This document shows positions 26,611 to 40,261 of a DNA stretch of 64,000 bases, in pieces (positions within the stretch are counted from its first letter, which is position 1; every line of letters starts with the position of its first letter). Source of the DNA: the human T2T-CHM13v2.0 reference genome, Homo sapiens; NCBI GenBank assembly GCA_009914755.4, contig CP068257.2, positions 12,128,001-12,192,000 on the forward strand, in the 5' to 3' direction. Below the pieces are notes generated by a model. That model was not told the origin of the DNA, made no database searches, and saw nothing but the letters and a program-made list of their open reading frames with translations. The translations under genes were made by a program, and so were the position numbers.

Positions 26611-28149
26611 GGGATGTTGGCAGAGGGGGACACGTTTTATGTGGGCCCATGTTAGAAAGATTGGGAGGGAAGAAAATAATGAGCATGATCTTTTCCTTAA
26701 AATCATGAAGAATGGGTGTTTTAAAGAGACAAATATGCCGATCAAGGCCTGTGTTCTTTCTCCTCGCCAAACTGGCTTCAGACCTGTGTGGAATTTAGGC
26801 AATGGTGCCCTTCCAATGGCAACAATAGGAAATTTGGTGTTAGCAGGTGCACTTCCCTTCATTGATAAAAATCCTTTGGAATTAGGTAATTCAAAATTAC
26901 CTTGAGATGTAACTTTGAATTTAGAAAGATAGAATTGAAAGAAAAAGTGATGGATAATTTCTGGTGAAATGAATGGGCTTATGAAATATGTATTTCTCTT
27001 CCCAACTTGCATCAACTTATTTGGTATTTCAGTTTGTGTAATAGTTAAAACTCCTGGCAGAGCAGAGGCAGTAATTGCAAACAGCTGTAAAGTATTACTC
27101 ATCTTGCTGATCAAAATGACTTCCCACTAAATAAACCATGAAAAAAGCTTTTCCACCCACAGAGAAGTGAAGTGTAAATGATATAAAGACTCTACCATGA
27201 AGAGATCAACAGATTGCATTTTCTTATAACTGTGGTTTTCTATAGCTACAGTTACCTTCAAAAATGGCTTATAAACTCAGCTAGTTCAGGAAAAAGAACT
27301 TGAATAATAACATTAAGATGGCAGTGGGGATCCTGGGAAGTGTTTGAAGTTACAAAGCTTTTGGAGAGCCACCTTGGTTCCCTTCTTAGGCTTTCCAATG
27401 GATGAAAACAACTTGCAATGTGGTCTTATTCTTGCTTGTTTTGGATATCACTCCAGGTCTCTTGCCCTTCGTATCTGAGAACCATTAGCTGGACATCCAT
27501 GTCTTGGTCTTTCTATCATGGTTTTGAAGGGTGATGGAGCCATGGTGGTGGCGTCAATATGTTGATGCTACTGCCATGGGCATCTGACTGTGAGCTTCAG
27601 GTCCTGATAAAAGAATAATCTGGTGCTGGAGTCACAGAGCTGACCTCTGATGTCACTCCAGCTACTTGCCCACACTACATTGGCAGCTCCTTGTGATTCT
27701 TCTAAACTAGGAAATTCACTGGGCAGTATTCACCAAAAACCAATAAAAATTTCTCTTCACACTCAGACATAAATCTCTCTCCTCTACCTATCTCTTTTCC
27801 CTAAATCAAGACTCATCTATAAGTTGATACTAAGCCTATCATTTCAGTCTTACTGCTTTTTTCATTTTTAGTTGAAATGTAATTGTACATATTTATGGGA
27901 TACAGAGTGACATTTCAATATATGTATACAATATATGTATTTCTATATATGTAATGATCAAATCAGGGTAACTAACATATCCATCACATCAAACACTTAT
28001 CATTTCTTTGAGTTGTAAACATTCAAAATACTCTTTCTTAGCTTTTTTAAAATATCCAATAAATTACTGCTAACCATATTTACCCTACAGTGCTGTAGAC
28101 ACTAGAACTCATTCCTCCTATCTAGCTGTAAGTTCGTATTTGTTAACCA

Positions 28150-28600
28150 ACCTCTCCCTGTCGTCTCCTCCCTGTTGCTTGCCCCAGCCTGTAATAACCA
28201 CAGTTCTACTCTCCACTTCCATGAGCTCAGTTTGTTTTTTTTTAGCTCCCACATATGAGTGAGAACGTGCAAGATTTACAATTCTGTACCTAGCTTATTT
28301 CACTTAACATAGTCTTCCAGGCTTACCCATGTTTCAGCCAAGAACAGGATTTCATTATTTTTATGGCTAAATAGTACTCCATTGTAAATATATACTACAT
28401 TTTAAATCTATTTATCTGTTTTTGGACATTTAGGTTGATTCTAATCTTGGCTACCGTGAATAGTGCTGCTATAAACATGAGGGTGCTGGTATCTCCTAAA
28501 TATGCTGATTTCCTTTCCTGTAGATAAATGCCCCATAGTGGGAGTGCTGGAAAAAAAAATTCTTTTTCTTTAAACCTGATCATGTCTGTCCTCATAAATG
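28150..28600 (-). mobile_element. L1 fragment (ORF2 C-terminal region, older subfamily), antisense
   Basis: The minus-strand ORF at 28395-28595 reads ...LMFIAALFTVAKIRINLNVQKQINRFKM, matching L1 ORF2p [19 protein letters not shown]... The plus strand reads cccacatatgagtgagaacgtgc and gtgaatagtgctgctataaacatgagggtg. Confidence 0.65.
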
Positions 28601-31600
28601 CATGTTACACCCATCTCTCACCATCAATGCAACCCCACCCCGAGCAGTTGTTCACTCTTCTCTTCCCTTGTTCTCTGCACACCATGTGCCTCCATACCCC
28701 AGCCTCAGGCCTTTCTATACCATTTCCTATTTGGGGCACATAGTTTTTATTCAACTTTCATGCTGTCTTTTGAGAATCTACAATGTGGTTTGGATATGGC
28801 ACTTTTTATCAGGATGCCACATCAGAGTTGATAAATTCAAAGTAATATCGTTCTTTTTCCTGCCAAAGTCAGCTCCTCCTTTCCACTGCACTTTCCTGCC
28901 AGTGCCACCACACTTTCTCCTGTTGTGTAGGGAGAACACAGGTCACCTCCCTAACATGAAAAGGTGCTCAATAAAGATGTGTTGAATATATGAATGAGTG
29001 TTCTTAGAGGACACCCTTGTACCTGGACTGGTCCTTACGTGGGTGTAAGTTTTATTCTCTAAAAGGGGTGAGTGAGAGTTTATGCTAAGATTGTAAGCAA
29101 CCCTCAGGGCAGACTCTGGATGTATATTACAGAACTGCTGAACTTGTGGAATGTGCATATTTATACTGAAAATATTTAATGCCATATGTGTAAGACTTTT
29201 GCCAACTGGAATCTGAACATCAACAGCTTTGAAGGGCTTATTCTACCTTCTCAGCACAAAAATACTTTTTATGAATGCACATATTTATGTGCAAAAGTAT
29301 AAAAAATTGACTTTAAAATATACAACAAATTCATTTTAGCAATTGGCCCTGGGGACCTAGAAGGAGAATGAGATTGGGGTGGTAGGGGTGGAATATTAGT
29401 TAATAATGCTTTATGTTATTGAAAATAATTACTGAAAACCAATACAATAAAATATTAACATGTTAATTGAGTATAGTGCTTATATTCTTCTTTACATGTT
29501 TTAATATCTTTACAATTCCTTTTTTTGCTTTTGTTAAGGAAGTCACAGTTATTTGGCAGTATGTCTATAATGGTACATGAAATAATGTCTGATTTCTAAA
29601 CATTGACATCCTACATTAGATGAAATACATTAAGCATTAAGCTTTGATATTACACTACAAAATTAATTGAAGAAAGCCACCCCTGTTTCTTTCTTTTCTT
29701 TTTATGGTTATTATGTGCCCCATATGATGTGCAGGAGTTTTTTTTCTAGGCTTTGATTGTTTTAAATAAAATCAGAATTTGTTAAAGTTCAGTTAACACT
29801 CAGCTGTGAACCCTAAGGTACTGGGGTCTTTTTCAATGGGAGATCTTTAAGCATTATTCCAAACTATTCTATGCTAATTGATCTATTGATAATTTATAAT
29901 TTATTATTAAATACATTCAATTTCTTAAAAAGAAAAAGCAAAGAAACAAAGGGAAACATTTATTACAATTTAAATAAAGGAATTAGCAGTTGAAAACAAG
30001 AAAACCTATTCTGAGCATCCGTACTTCTTGGCAACCAAAACAATCAATGAAATCAATGCATTGAGTTAAACAGTTCCCAATTTTCCACTATGTTACCTGG
30101 AGAAAAAAACCCCAGTATCATAGGGTTAAACTTTGGGAAGGATTTTTCATAAGAATCTTAATATAAAGGTTCTTGAATGACATAATGTACAAGGTCTTTG
30201 ATAGCAATGCGCCCCACAGTGCAAAGATGTTTTACTAGTCCTGTTGGTGTCTCAAATTGGTTCTCGGTAAGTAATCTGGACATACTGTGAAATTATAATT
30301 CTGTGTAGACAATTCAACTTAAGGAGTTAGAGTGATGCAATCCAAATAGATGGCTTTCTTCTGATCTGGCTTAACAGAAATCTTGAAAAATCTGGGAGTA
30401 AATGTTGAATATATCCTCAGTTCTCAACCACTCTTCTTCCCTGAGAGACAACATCACAGGCAGGACATCCTCCCAAGGGTACACACAATATTATGTACAG
30501 TTCCCACACGAGAAACACATCATAATCTTAGTGACAATGATGTTCTCATAAGGTCAGTTATACTCAGTGTGCATAGTTGTCCAAGTGTGAGTATGAAACC
30601 AAGTTATTCGCAAGTACCACTACTCTGATTATTAGTAATAACAATCCACTTGTGACATAGCTTTTCTTTGCTGAAACAAAATATTGTTTTGACATCATGG
30701 TCAAAACATTGGTCTTAGGCAAATGCTCTCTATTATCTATTGTTGCCAAGCCTTTGAGAAGTGTTTTATGTGGGGCAAAAGGTCCCTTCCTGTCTCTTTG
30801 GTCAAAGCAAAGGAGGAGTACAGATGACTGAGAGAGTGATCACGCTGCTGTGCCCACCTATGAGGTAGACCTTGTTCCTGGATTGGGAGATGTTTTGTGC
30901 TGAGGGTGCAGTAGAAAGAGCACACAGCTAGCAGTAAAGAGAGGTGACCTTGACTGCAGCTCTGCCTCTGACTTCCTGAGTAACCTCAGACTAGTCATGC
31001 AGTGCCTGCTCCCACATTTCTTTTTGTAAGCTGCAAGGGCTGAATCAGACAACAGCCTCTAAGTTTCTTCTGAGCTCTCATACTCAGGGATGCCAATGAT
31101 GTTGGCAGGATGAGCTACATAGTTTGTAGGACCCAGTGAAAAATGAAAGTACAAGGCTTCTTGTTCAAAAATTAAGCATTTCAAGATGCAACAGCAGATC
31201 ATTGTAAACCATGTGCACAATGCTTCTGAGACCAGGGCTCTCTGCAACTGCCCAGTTATAGCCTTTGAAGATAGGATGGTGTCAGCTTCCCATTACGAAG
31301 CTGATTTGTCACTCAGGGCTCAGACGTTGGATCTTCCAGGCTGAAAGTGGGAGGAGAACACATGTTGTTCTAGTCACAGCCAGAGATAACACAAAGACAG
31401 CCTAACAAGGGCCCAGGCACAACACACATTGTTATAAAGAAGAGAAGAGGGTCACCTAGTGACTCAACACAAAAATGATCCTCTGTCCACATCTCCTCTC
31501 CAGGTTTCAGTCATGGTAAGGACTGTCCCAGGTTTCAGAGCCTTCAAAGAAGATCTTAACTCTGAAACCTGTGCAAAGTCTGGGGATAGCAGGTTGTGTA

Positions 31601-32411
31601 CCACCTCACTTTCCTGTCTCTTTCTCTCTGAATAAACATCTTTTATCAGGAAGCCCAGCAGAACACAGTCAAGAAGCAGATAGGTGACTGCTATTCCCCT
31701 CTTGCTGAAAACGCAGCCACTTGGAGTCAGCTTGATGGCAGTGGTGGCTCAGGCCTTGAACACGTGAGAATAGACTATGTTGTCAAGATGCTGATGAACC
31801 GCACTTCTGCCTGACTTGGTGCGTTGTCTCAGGTCTCAGCACTCACAATGGATGCTCATAATCCTACACACAATCCCCAAATGTCAATGAGGATCATTGG
31901 CCAACCATACCTCAGTGCATGGGGGGTAGTAGGGTTATCCATTAAGGCCCCACCTTCCACCTCACAAATACTTCTGATCAGAGGGATGAGCTTGGGTAAT
32001 TTTGGGATGCATGACAGGATGATGTCAGCAGACTGGCCAAATCCACATTCAGTATTTCCCATCATGAGGTCTTTGGTGTCAGGTGACATTAAAGAATGAG
32101 AGTGGTGAAGAAACACCTCTGGTGAACCACTTTCCAATAGGCTGAGAATGCAGCTTTCAAATCACTTCCATTACTTGGCATAAAGAAACTGGAAAGCTAA
32201 GTGAAAGAGAGAACACAGGGCTGAAGGTCAGAGGACCTGAGATCCTGCTCTCAATTCCCACTTACAGACTGAATGACAAAAGGTAAGTCATTTGTCCTCC
32301 TGTATTGCTGCTTTCCTATTGAAAAACAGCAATAAACTACTTCCTTCATGGAGACACTATGACCAGAAAATGAGGCAACCTATAAAGCACACATTTAAAT
32401 ATAAAATCACT

Positions 32412-33037
<626 letters not shown>

Positions 33038-35864
33038 AACCTGAGTTTCTTAAAACCTCATAGGCCTCATGGATTCAATAAAATAAGTCATGATTATGAT
33101 AATAATTTTTAGAGGTTCCTGTAAGGTAGAAACTGCTGTTATTTCAACTTCCCAAAATGCCTTGTGGGGCCCTAAGGCTATCTGTATAATCTAGAAATAG
33201 ATATATATTCAAATTAGCTATGTCACATCAAAATTTGGAGAAGAAGTAAAAAAAAGAAATTTAAGAGATTTACTCCACCAATCTCTTGGTAATTTTTGTG
33301 TTCATTATCAGTAAGCTGTGTGCATCCTTTTAGAGTGCTACTGTTTGAGAAAAGCAGCATTGAAGTTGCTGCTGATCTTGGTCATGCATTTTCAGAGTGT
33401 GCTTATCAGCAGACTTGGATGCTGTTGGGGTTCTGTTTTTGATTTGCAATTTTTCCAAGACAGGCTTTCTGTTGCCCAAGCTGGAGTGGGTAGCTGCTGT
33501 TTCTCAATAGACAAGTCCTAGAAGTAGAGATAATTCAATTTTCATTCACTCTTAGCTCTTCTGCCACTGGTGTTCCTCTTTGACCCCGACAGGGCTGCAC
33601 CTGTCTTCCAGGCCTGATGTAGCACTTGTATGGTTTGCCACTTGCCAGAAGATCCACAAGCCATTCTAAAAGCCTTTTGCCCAGTAGAGACCACTCCAGT
33701 GAGCACAAATTGTCTAATGGCTTTTTTTAGACGGTCTTCCTCCTTAGCTCATTTTTCTCCCAGAACAAAGATATCAAGGTGTTGATTTAGCAGCGGTTCC
33801 TGAAGGACAATCCAGCTTGGTTGAAATCTTTTCATTATAATAGAAAATATAATAGCAACAGTAGCATCCCCTGTTACACTGAAATTAAATGACTACTCTT
33901 TCACTGTTGGGGTGGCAAGTATAATTTCTATCACTTCTTTGGAAAGCAATACAACTTACTAAAGATCACCAAAATGTTTATACTTTTTGGAACCAAAAAC
34001 CTCACTGAAAAAAATTATTCCAAGAGTATATTTCAACAGAAAAAAAAAACAAGTAATATACATGCGTATGTTTCTCCCTGTGAAAACAACAACACAGAAT
34101 TTATTAAACAAGTTTTGAAACACTTGGCTATGTGGTAACATGGAACAATGTTCTCCTATAACGTTAAAGGATAAAAGCTTAGAGAATAGAATATATTCTA
34201 TGACTGCAACTATGAAAGAAAACATAGATCTACATAGGGACAAAGGTGATAAACATGCAAAAACAGGTGTTTGATTCATGGATTATGTGTATTTTTCCTG
34301 CATTCAAATTTATCTTTATTATTGCTTTTTTATGTTCCCCCTTCCTCCCCCCAAAAAATCCTAAAGATCTTGAATATGCCCCTATCGGTATTTAACATTT
34401 CATCTGAAACTGGGTCTAGATGACTCAATCTGCTCCAGTTTTTTGAACAAGATGAATAGCAAGGTTATTCTTTCCATTGTTTTTTTTTTTTTCTTTTCTT
34501 AACAGCCAGACACAGGTCTTTAATTATACAGCTGGCTTCTTTGTTTGGGATACGTTACTTTCAATCATTTTCCTGATCCTCTGCATGATTTACAGAAGCT
34601 GAGTGGGAGGCTTTAGCATTTCCATGGTCCTCCTTCTCCACTATCATGAGATTCTTATGTGAATTTTTTTTAGAGCCATTATTCTCCATTTGCAAAGGCA
34701 GAATGCAGTGGCAGGAGCTGGGACTCTGGGAAACCAACGGCCAAGAATTCAAACTACAGCATACTATGAAACACTCAGATAAGATGTCCCCATCATATTC
34801 TATCACTGGGCAAAGTAAAATGTAAACCACGTACTCAAAACAGAAAATATTGTGGGTGACAGTGACATGGGTATTCAGAAAGAAGAAGAAATGCAATTAA
34901 GAAACCAGGCAAAGAAGTAAACATGCCATGTAGCTTACGAAAGACCAGCCACATTGTGTGTATTTTAATATTGTTTAATGGTAACACCTAATAGAGCATC
35001 ATGATTGTGTGAACTAAATTTTCAGTCATAATGAATGCTACAAACTTCACTTCCCAAGTTTAAATACGCTACAACGTCTTGGGAAAAATGCAAGAAGAAT
35101 TATTTGATAAATGTTTCTCTTCCAGCCTATCTTGATCAACAGCCAGCAGCAACACATTGCAGATACAATCTCAAGACCTTGTGGCATGCATTTGTCACTA
35201 CATGCGTAACTTACTATGGACAGAGGATCACAGAAATTTTGAATATAATTTCCCACATGACAGGAGGTTAAATAGACCACACTGGAAGAAGGCAAGAAGC
35301 AGCTAGTTCTCTGGAGTACCAAAAAGTAAACTTCAGCCAGTTCTGGAAGCAGATAAATAGCAGGAAATATACTTTCACATGGGCTACTTTCTCAATAGTT
35401 CTTGCTTGCAAGAGCTCTAGGGAAAGTATGAGTTACTGGGTAACAATGTAATAGAAAAGGGGCCAGCCTTGGGAAAAATTGCAGTGGAAGAAAATCAGTG
35501 TCTCCTCATTTACATCTTTCTTTCTCCTCTTCCTTTGTAATGCTGCCTTTCTTGGGGTATTCTTTCCCCTAGAATACCCTGCCTGTCACCCCACAACAAC
35601 CTGCTCTTGAGACTGCATTTCTAATACCTATAATGAGATGTTATGTCAATGCCTCATCTCTCAGTGTGTGTATAGACATATTAAGCTTTCTCTCTATGCT
35701 GTGTTTTCTCATGCAGGAATATCAGACATTAATGAACCAGTAAAGAGGATGCTGGGGTGCAGAAGAGCTTTCCCAGTGTCCCGGGAGCCATTCTACACAG
35801 CATCCTACAGCATGACTATGGATCTGCTGTGCTTAGTTTCTTTACTTGTGAAAACAGAGTAATA

Positions 35865-35990
35865 GTAGCACCTACCTCACAGGATTGTTCTGAAGATTAG
35901 AGGGGTTTTTTCATGGAAAGCTCTAGAGCAGTGCTTGAGACATGGTAAGTGCTCAACATGTGTTCATTATTAGTATCATTATCAATATTT
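35865..35990 (+). repeat. MIR SINE 3' portion
   Basis: Reads agtagcacctacctcacaggattgttctgaagattagagg...agagcagtgcttgagacatggtaagtgctcaacatgtgttcattattagtatcatta. Confidence 0.35.
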
Positions 35991-36186
35991 GATGTAAAAG
36001 CCTTTCTGAAAGAAATCACACAAGAACATGATCAGTTAAAAAATACATATGAATGAAAGTATGTTTGGTGCTGACACAACACAGACTGGCATAATGGTTA
36101 GGAACATAGAGTTTGGAAGTCAACCATCTGTGCTCAAAGCCTAGTGTCACCACATGGCCATTGTGGGACACTGGGCCTCAGATTTC

Positions 36187-37155
36187 TGTGGGGAAAAGAA
36201 AGAGAGGTCAGATTGTTACTGTGTCTGTGTAGAAAGAAGTAGACATAGGAGACTCCATTTTGTTCTGTACTAAGAAAAATTCTTCTGCCTTGAGATGCTG
36301 TTAATCTGACACCCTACCCCCAACCCCGTGCTCTCTGAAACATGTGCTGTGTCCACTCAGGGTTAAATGGATTAAGGGCTGTGCAAGATGGGCTTTGTTA
36401 AACAGATGCTTGAAGGCAGCATGCTCGTTAAGAGTCATCACCACTCCCTAATCTCAAGTACCCAGGGACACAAACACTGCGGAAGGCTGCAGGGACCTCT
36501 GCCTAGGAAAGCCAGATATTGTCCAAGGTTTCTCCCCGTGTGATAGTCTGAAATATGGCCTTGTGGGGAGGGAAAGGCCCTGACCGTCCCCCAGCTCGAC
36601 ACCCATAAAGGGTCTGTGCTGAGGAGGATTAGCAAAAGAGGAAGGAATGCCTCTTTGCAGTTGAGACAAGAGGAAGGCATCTGTCTCCTGCCCATCCCTG
36701 GGCAATGGAATGTCTCGGTATAAAACCTGATTGTATGTTCCATCTACTGAGATAGGGGAAAACTGCCTTAGGGCTGGAGGTAGGACATACGGGCAACAAT
36801 ACTGCTCTGTAAGGCATTGAGATGTTTATGTGTATGCATATCTAAAGCACAGCACTTAATTCTTTACCTTGGCTATGATGCAGAGACCTTTGTTCACGTG
36901 TTTATCTGCTGACCTTCTCTCCACTATTATCCTGTGACCCTGCCACAACCCTCTCTCTGAGAAACACCCAAGAATGATCAATAAATACTAAGAGAACTCA
37001 GAGGCTGGCAGGATCCTCCGCATGCTGAACGCTGGTCCCCTGGGCCCCCTTATTTCTTTCTCTATACTTTGTCTCTGTGTCTTTTTCTTTTCCAAGTCTC
37101 TCATTCCACCTAACGAGAAACACCCACAGGTGTGGAGGGGCAACCCACCCCTTCA
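36187..37155 (+). mobile_element. Solo HERV-K (HML-2) LTR5, 969 bp, with 6-bp target-site duplication GATTTC
   Basis: Begins tgtggggaaaagaaagagaggtcagattgttactgtgtctgtgtagaaagaagtagacataggagactccattttgttctgtactaagaaaaattcttctgccttgagatgctgttaatctg and ends gagaaacacccacaggtgtggaggggcaacccaccccttca. It contains the LTR polyadenylation signal aataaatactaag. The hexamer gatttc lies at 36181-36186 and again at 37156-37161. Divergence from the LTR5Hs consensus I recall suggests an older LTR5A/B-type copy. Confidence 0.9.
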
Positions 37156-38770
37156 GATTTCTAGCCTGAAAAATGGAGGAACAATGTCTGTCATATAAAG
37201 TTGCTGTAAATATAAAACCAGCTAAGAAATGTAAAATACTCAACAGTGTCTGACACAAAATAAACACCCAATTAATGGTAGCAGCAAGAAAAGAGCTCTC
37301 TTCAACCAACATCTTACCTTCAGAAATTGGTTAAGAAGAAATGAGTGCTTGGGAACCTTCCTGTTAGAGCTGGGGAACACAAATAACCCCAAGATATGAC
37401 CCAACTGGGAAATGAGGCACCAGAGTCAGCAGGTCTCAGGACTCGAGAACATGTCATAGATCTGGGGCCAAGGGGACTTCCCAATACCCCAGTCCTGAAT
37501 TAGCCAGATGTGCCTTTCAGTCCTTGGCTGAGCTGGACTGAGGCCTCCTCCAAAGGGAGAAATAAATGTGCATCCTGAAGAGAGCTGACTCTGAAAGAGA
37601 GAGAAACCCACAGAGGCTGAGTTTCACCAGCACAACTACTTCCAAGCACATTCCTCAGGTAAGTCATTTCTCTTCCCAAGGGGAGGATTGAATGAGTTTA
37701 TGGTGAGAGGCTGAAAGCTTTTCTCCTTTATTTTCCCTCATGGGAGAGGAGTGGAAGTACTATGTTCTCTGTGGGAATCTGCAGACTATGGACGTTTCCC
37801 CCAACAGTTGGCATTGACTGATTTATCTGCATGTCTCTCTATCCACATCTTCTATATGAAGAATCTAAGTGGGAATAGCCTCCAAAGTACTCTGATAGTA
37901 CCAAAGCACTATTCTAGTTTTGTATAATTTTTAAGTCTCTTCTTTAAATTTTTTTTTTGCAGACTCCATCCTAGACACAGCATACCAGAGTCTCCAAAGG
38001 GCTAAGCTCAAGAATCTATTCTGAAGCTCCCAACAGGAGTCTTATATAGCCAGGCAGGCAATGATCATATTTGGGGACCATTAGAAATAATCGAATGCAT
38101 ATACTCTGAACTTCAAATTTTTAATATTCTCGTTTTCTGCTCAGTAAGCTCAATTTCAATGCAGTTCACAGTTTCTCATATCCACCATGGCATTCTGCCA
38201 AGGAACTACAACTTGTATTCTCTAAACCCAACTGTTCTAAGAATGCTGGGCTGCTTATCAACTTCTAATGTACCTTGCTTAAACTTTCCTCTCTCGATGT
38301 GTCCCTGACTGAACTGCAGAAGACAGAACAACTGTACTAGCCATCTCTTTCTGCATATCCCATGTCTCCACAGAGGCCACGGTGTCTTCACAAAGCTAAC
38401 TGCAACGATTTTCGCAGGTGATATTTTCCCTTCATGATTTTCCATTTTCTACTTGAGCATTAAAATATCAGGAAGAAAAAGAAGATATAACCATATAGCA
38501 GTTGGTAAAATAAGATATCTGCCCCAGCACAGCCCATACTAAGTATTCAGAATTTACAGTTATATTAGATAACTACAAATTAGATAACTATTAACATAGT
38601 TATATTAGATAAGTAATATTTTCTCATCTTCAAGAACTAAAAAATTAACTTTTAAGTGATATTCAAAAAAGGAAGATACTCACTCACATCAACCCAATTA
38701 AAACCACATTTTCTATAGCTGGATGTAACAATCTTAATCCAAATCATTCACAAAAGTTGTTTAACATTCT

Positions 38771-39654
38771 TTTTTTTTTAAATTATACTTTAAGTTTTAG
38801 GGTACATGTGCACAATGTGCAGGTTAGTTACATATGTATACATGTGCCATGCTGGTGTGCTGCACCCATTAACTCGTCATTTAGCATTAGGTATATCTCC
38901 TAATGCTATCCCTCCCTGCTCCCCCCACCCCACAACAGTCCCCAGAGTGTGATGTTCCCCTTCCTGTGTCCATGTGTTCTCATTGTTCAATTCCCATCTG
39001 TGAGTGAGAACATGCGGTGTTTGGTTTTTTGTCCTTGTGATAGTTTACTGAGAATGATGATTTCCAATTTCATCCATGTCCCTACAAAGGACATGAACTT
39101 ATCATTTTTTATGGCTGCATGGTATTCCATGGTGTATATGGGCCACATTTTCTTAATCCAGTCTATCATTGTTGGACATTTGGGTTGGTTCCAAGTCTTT
39201 GCTACTGTGAATAGTGTCACAATAAACATACGTGTGCATGTGTCTTTATAACAGCATGATTTATAGTCCCTTGGGTATATACCCAGTAATGGGATGGCTG
39301 GGTCAAATGGTATTTCTAGTTCTAGATCCCTGAGGAATCGCCACACTGACTTCCACAATGGTTGAACTAGTTTACAGTCCCACCAACAGTGTAAAAGTGT
39401 TCCTATTTCTCCACATCCTCTCCTGCACCTGTTGTTTCCTGACTTTTTAATGATTGCCATTCTAACTGGTGTGAGATGGTATCTCATTGTGGTTTTGATT
39501 TGCGTTTCTGTGATGGCCAGTGATGATGAGCATTTTTTCATGTGTCTTTTGTCTGCATAAATGTCTTCTTTTGAGAAGTGTCTGTTCATATCCTTTGCCC
39601 ACTTTTTGATGGGGTTGTTTGTTTTTTTCTTGTAAATTTGTTTGAGTTCATTGT
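38771..39654 (-). mobile_element. L1PA-type L1 3' end (ORF2 C-terminus plus 3' UTR plus poly-A), 5'-truncated, antisense
   Basis: The minus-strand ORF at 38987-39589 (200 aa) reads [200 protein letters not shown]. This is the L1 ORF2p C-terminus. The plus strand starts with a poly-T run at 38771-38780 followed by taaattatactttaagttttagggtacatgtgcac. A probable target-site duplication, ttgtttaacattc at 38757-38769 and ttgttaactttct at 39651-39663, flanks it. Confidence 0.9.
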
Positions 39655-39683
39655 TAACTTTCTTAAAGTAAGGCTCTAGACAT
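39655..39683. repeat. 29-33 bp inverted repeat, left arm; partner at 40329-40357
   Basis: Plus strand reads ttaactttcttaaagtaaggctctagaca. The reverse complement of 40329-40357 is identical. Confidence 0.8.
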
Positions 39684-40261
39684 TTGCTTCTTTACAAGTA
39701 TCTTGCAAAGCCATTATGAGGTAGAAGAAAAGTTTAAATGCACCACATTTTTCTACTCCATCGTAACTAAAATTACTACTCACAGGATGTGTATAGCTTC
39801 TGAATTTTGGTCCATCACATTTTCCACCATCAAATGAGTATACCCTTAAGGTTCTCACTTTATCATCAGCATAATATATTTTGCTTCCAGAATACCCAGT
39901 AAAGCTGAAATTTTTTCATTTAAAGTGATAAAAAAAATTCCCCAAATATCTACTTAACAATCTTAGATCTGAGTTTTGGCAAGACAGTTTAATGCATACA
40001 CAATGAAAACACTACATTTCTCACTCTCTCTCACACATGCACAGATTAAAACCCCAAAGTTTTCACTATATTTCCTCTTTCTTATACAGTTCAATTTTTA
40101 ACATGCAGCTTACTTATAATCTAAAAACAATTTTAAACATGATTGTCATAAAAATATTTTAAAACAGACATGAAATGTATAAAGGCAGACATAGATCATC
40201 CATGGTTACATCTGTTACATTTCTTTAGAAACAGAACTGTTTCTTCTCCTGTAAACAAACT

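Larger units (their letters stand above)
34480..40261 (-). pseudogene. GXYLT1: Hypothesised continuation of the GXYLT1 retrocopy 3' UTR down to a poly-A tail at 34480-34492. It would be interrupted by later LTR5 (36187-37155) and L1 (38771-39654) insertions
   Basis: Plus strand poly-T 13-mer at 34480-34492, with ATTAAA on the minus strand about 22 nt upstream of it in the transcript sense. Candidate target-site duplication ttctttccattg at 34468-34479 versus ttctctccatgg at 42033-42044 (10 of 12 match). No Alu lies between 33037 and 42340. I cannot align a 3' UTR without the reference mRNA. Confidence 0.35.

Noticed and set aside
26378-27114. 224-aa and 130-aa minus-strand ORFs
   Set aside because: They run through the (GA)n(GT)n tract (LSLSLS / HTHTHT stretches). 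The rest has no domain similarity, and stop-free length is due to low-complexity sequence.
31824-32137. Overlapping 91/93-aa ORFs on both strands, possibly an ERV internal fragment or small gene
   Set aside because: There is no recognisable similarity to retroviral Gag/Pol/Env or any protein family I know. Overlapping antisense ORFs of similar length suggest chance. I left the region unannotated rather than guess.
33420-33500. Possible additional Alu fragment (gacaggctttctgttgcccaagctggagtggg)
   Set aside because: There is only about 45 bp of weak similarity to the Alu right arm in antisense. That is too short and diverged to call.
38987-39589. Intact 200-aa ORF
   Set aside because: It is the C-terminal remnant of L1 ORF2p ([12 protein letters not shown]...[13 protein letters not shown]...) within a 5'-truncated L1, not a host gene.
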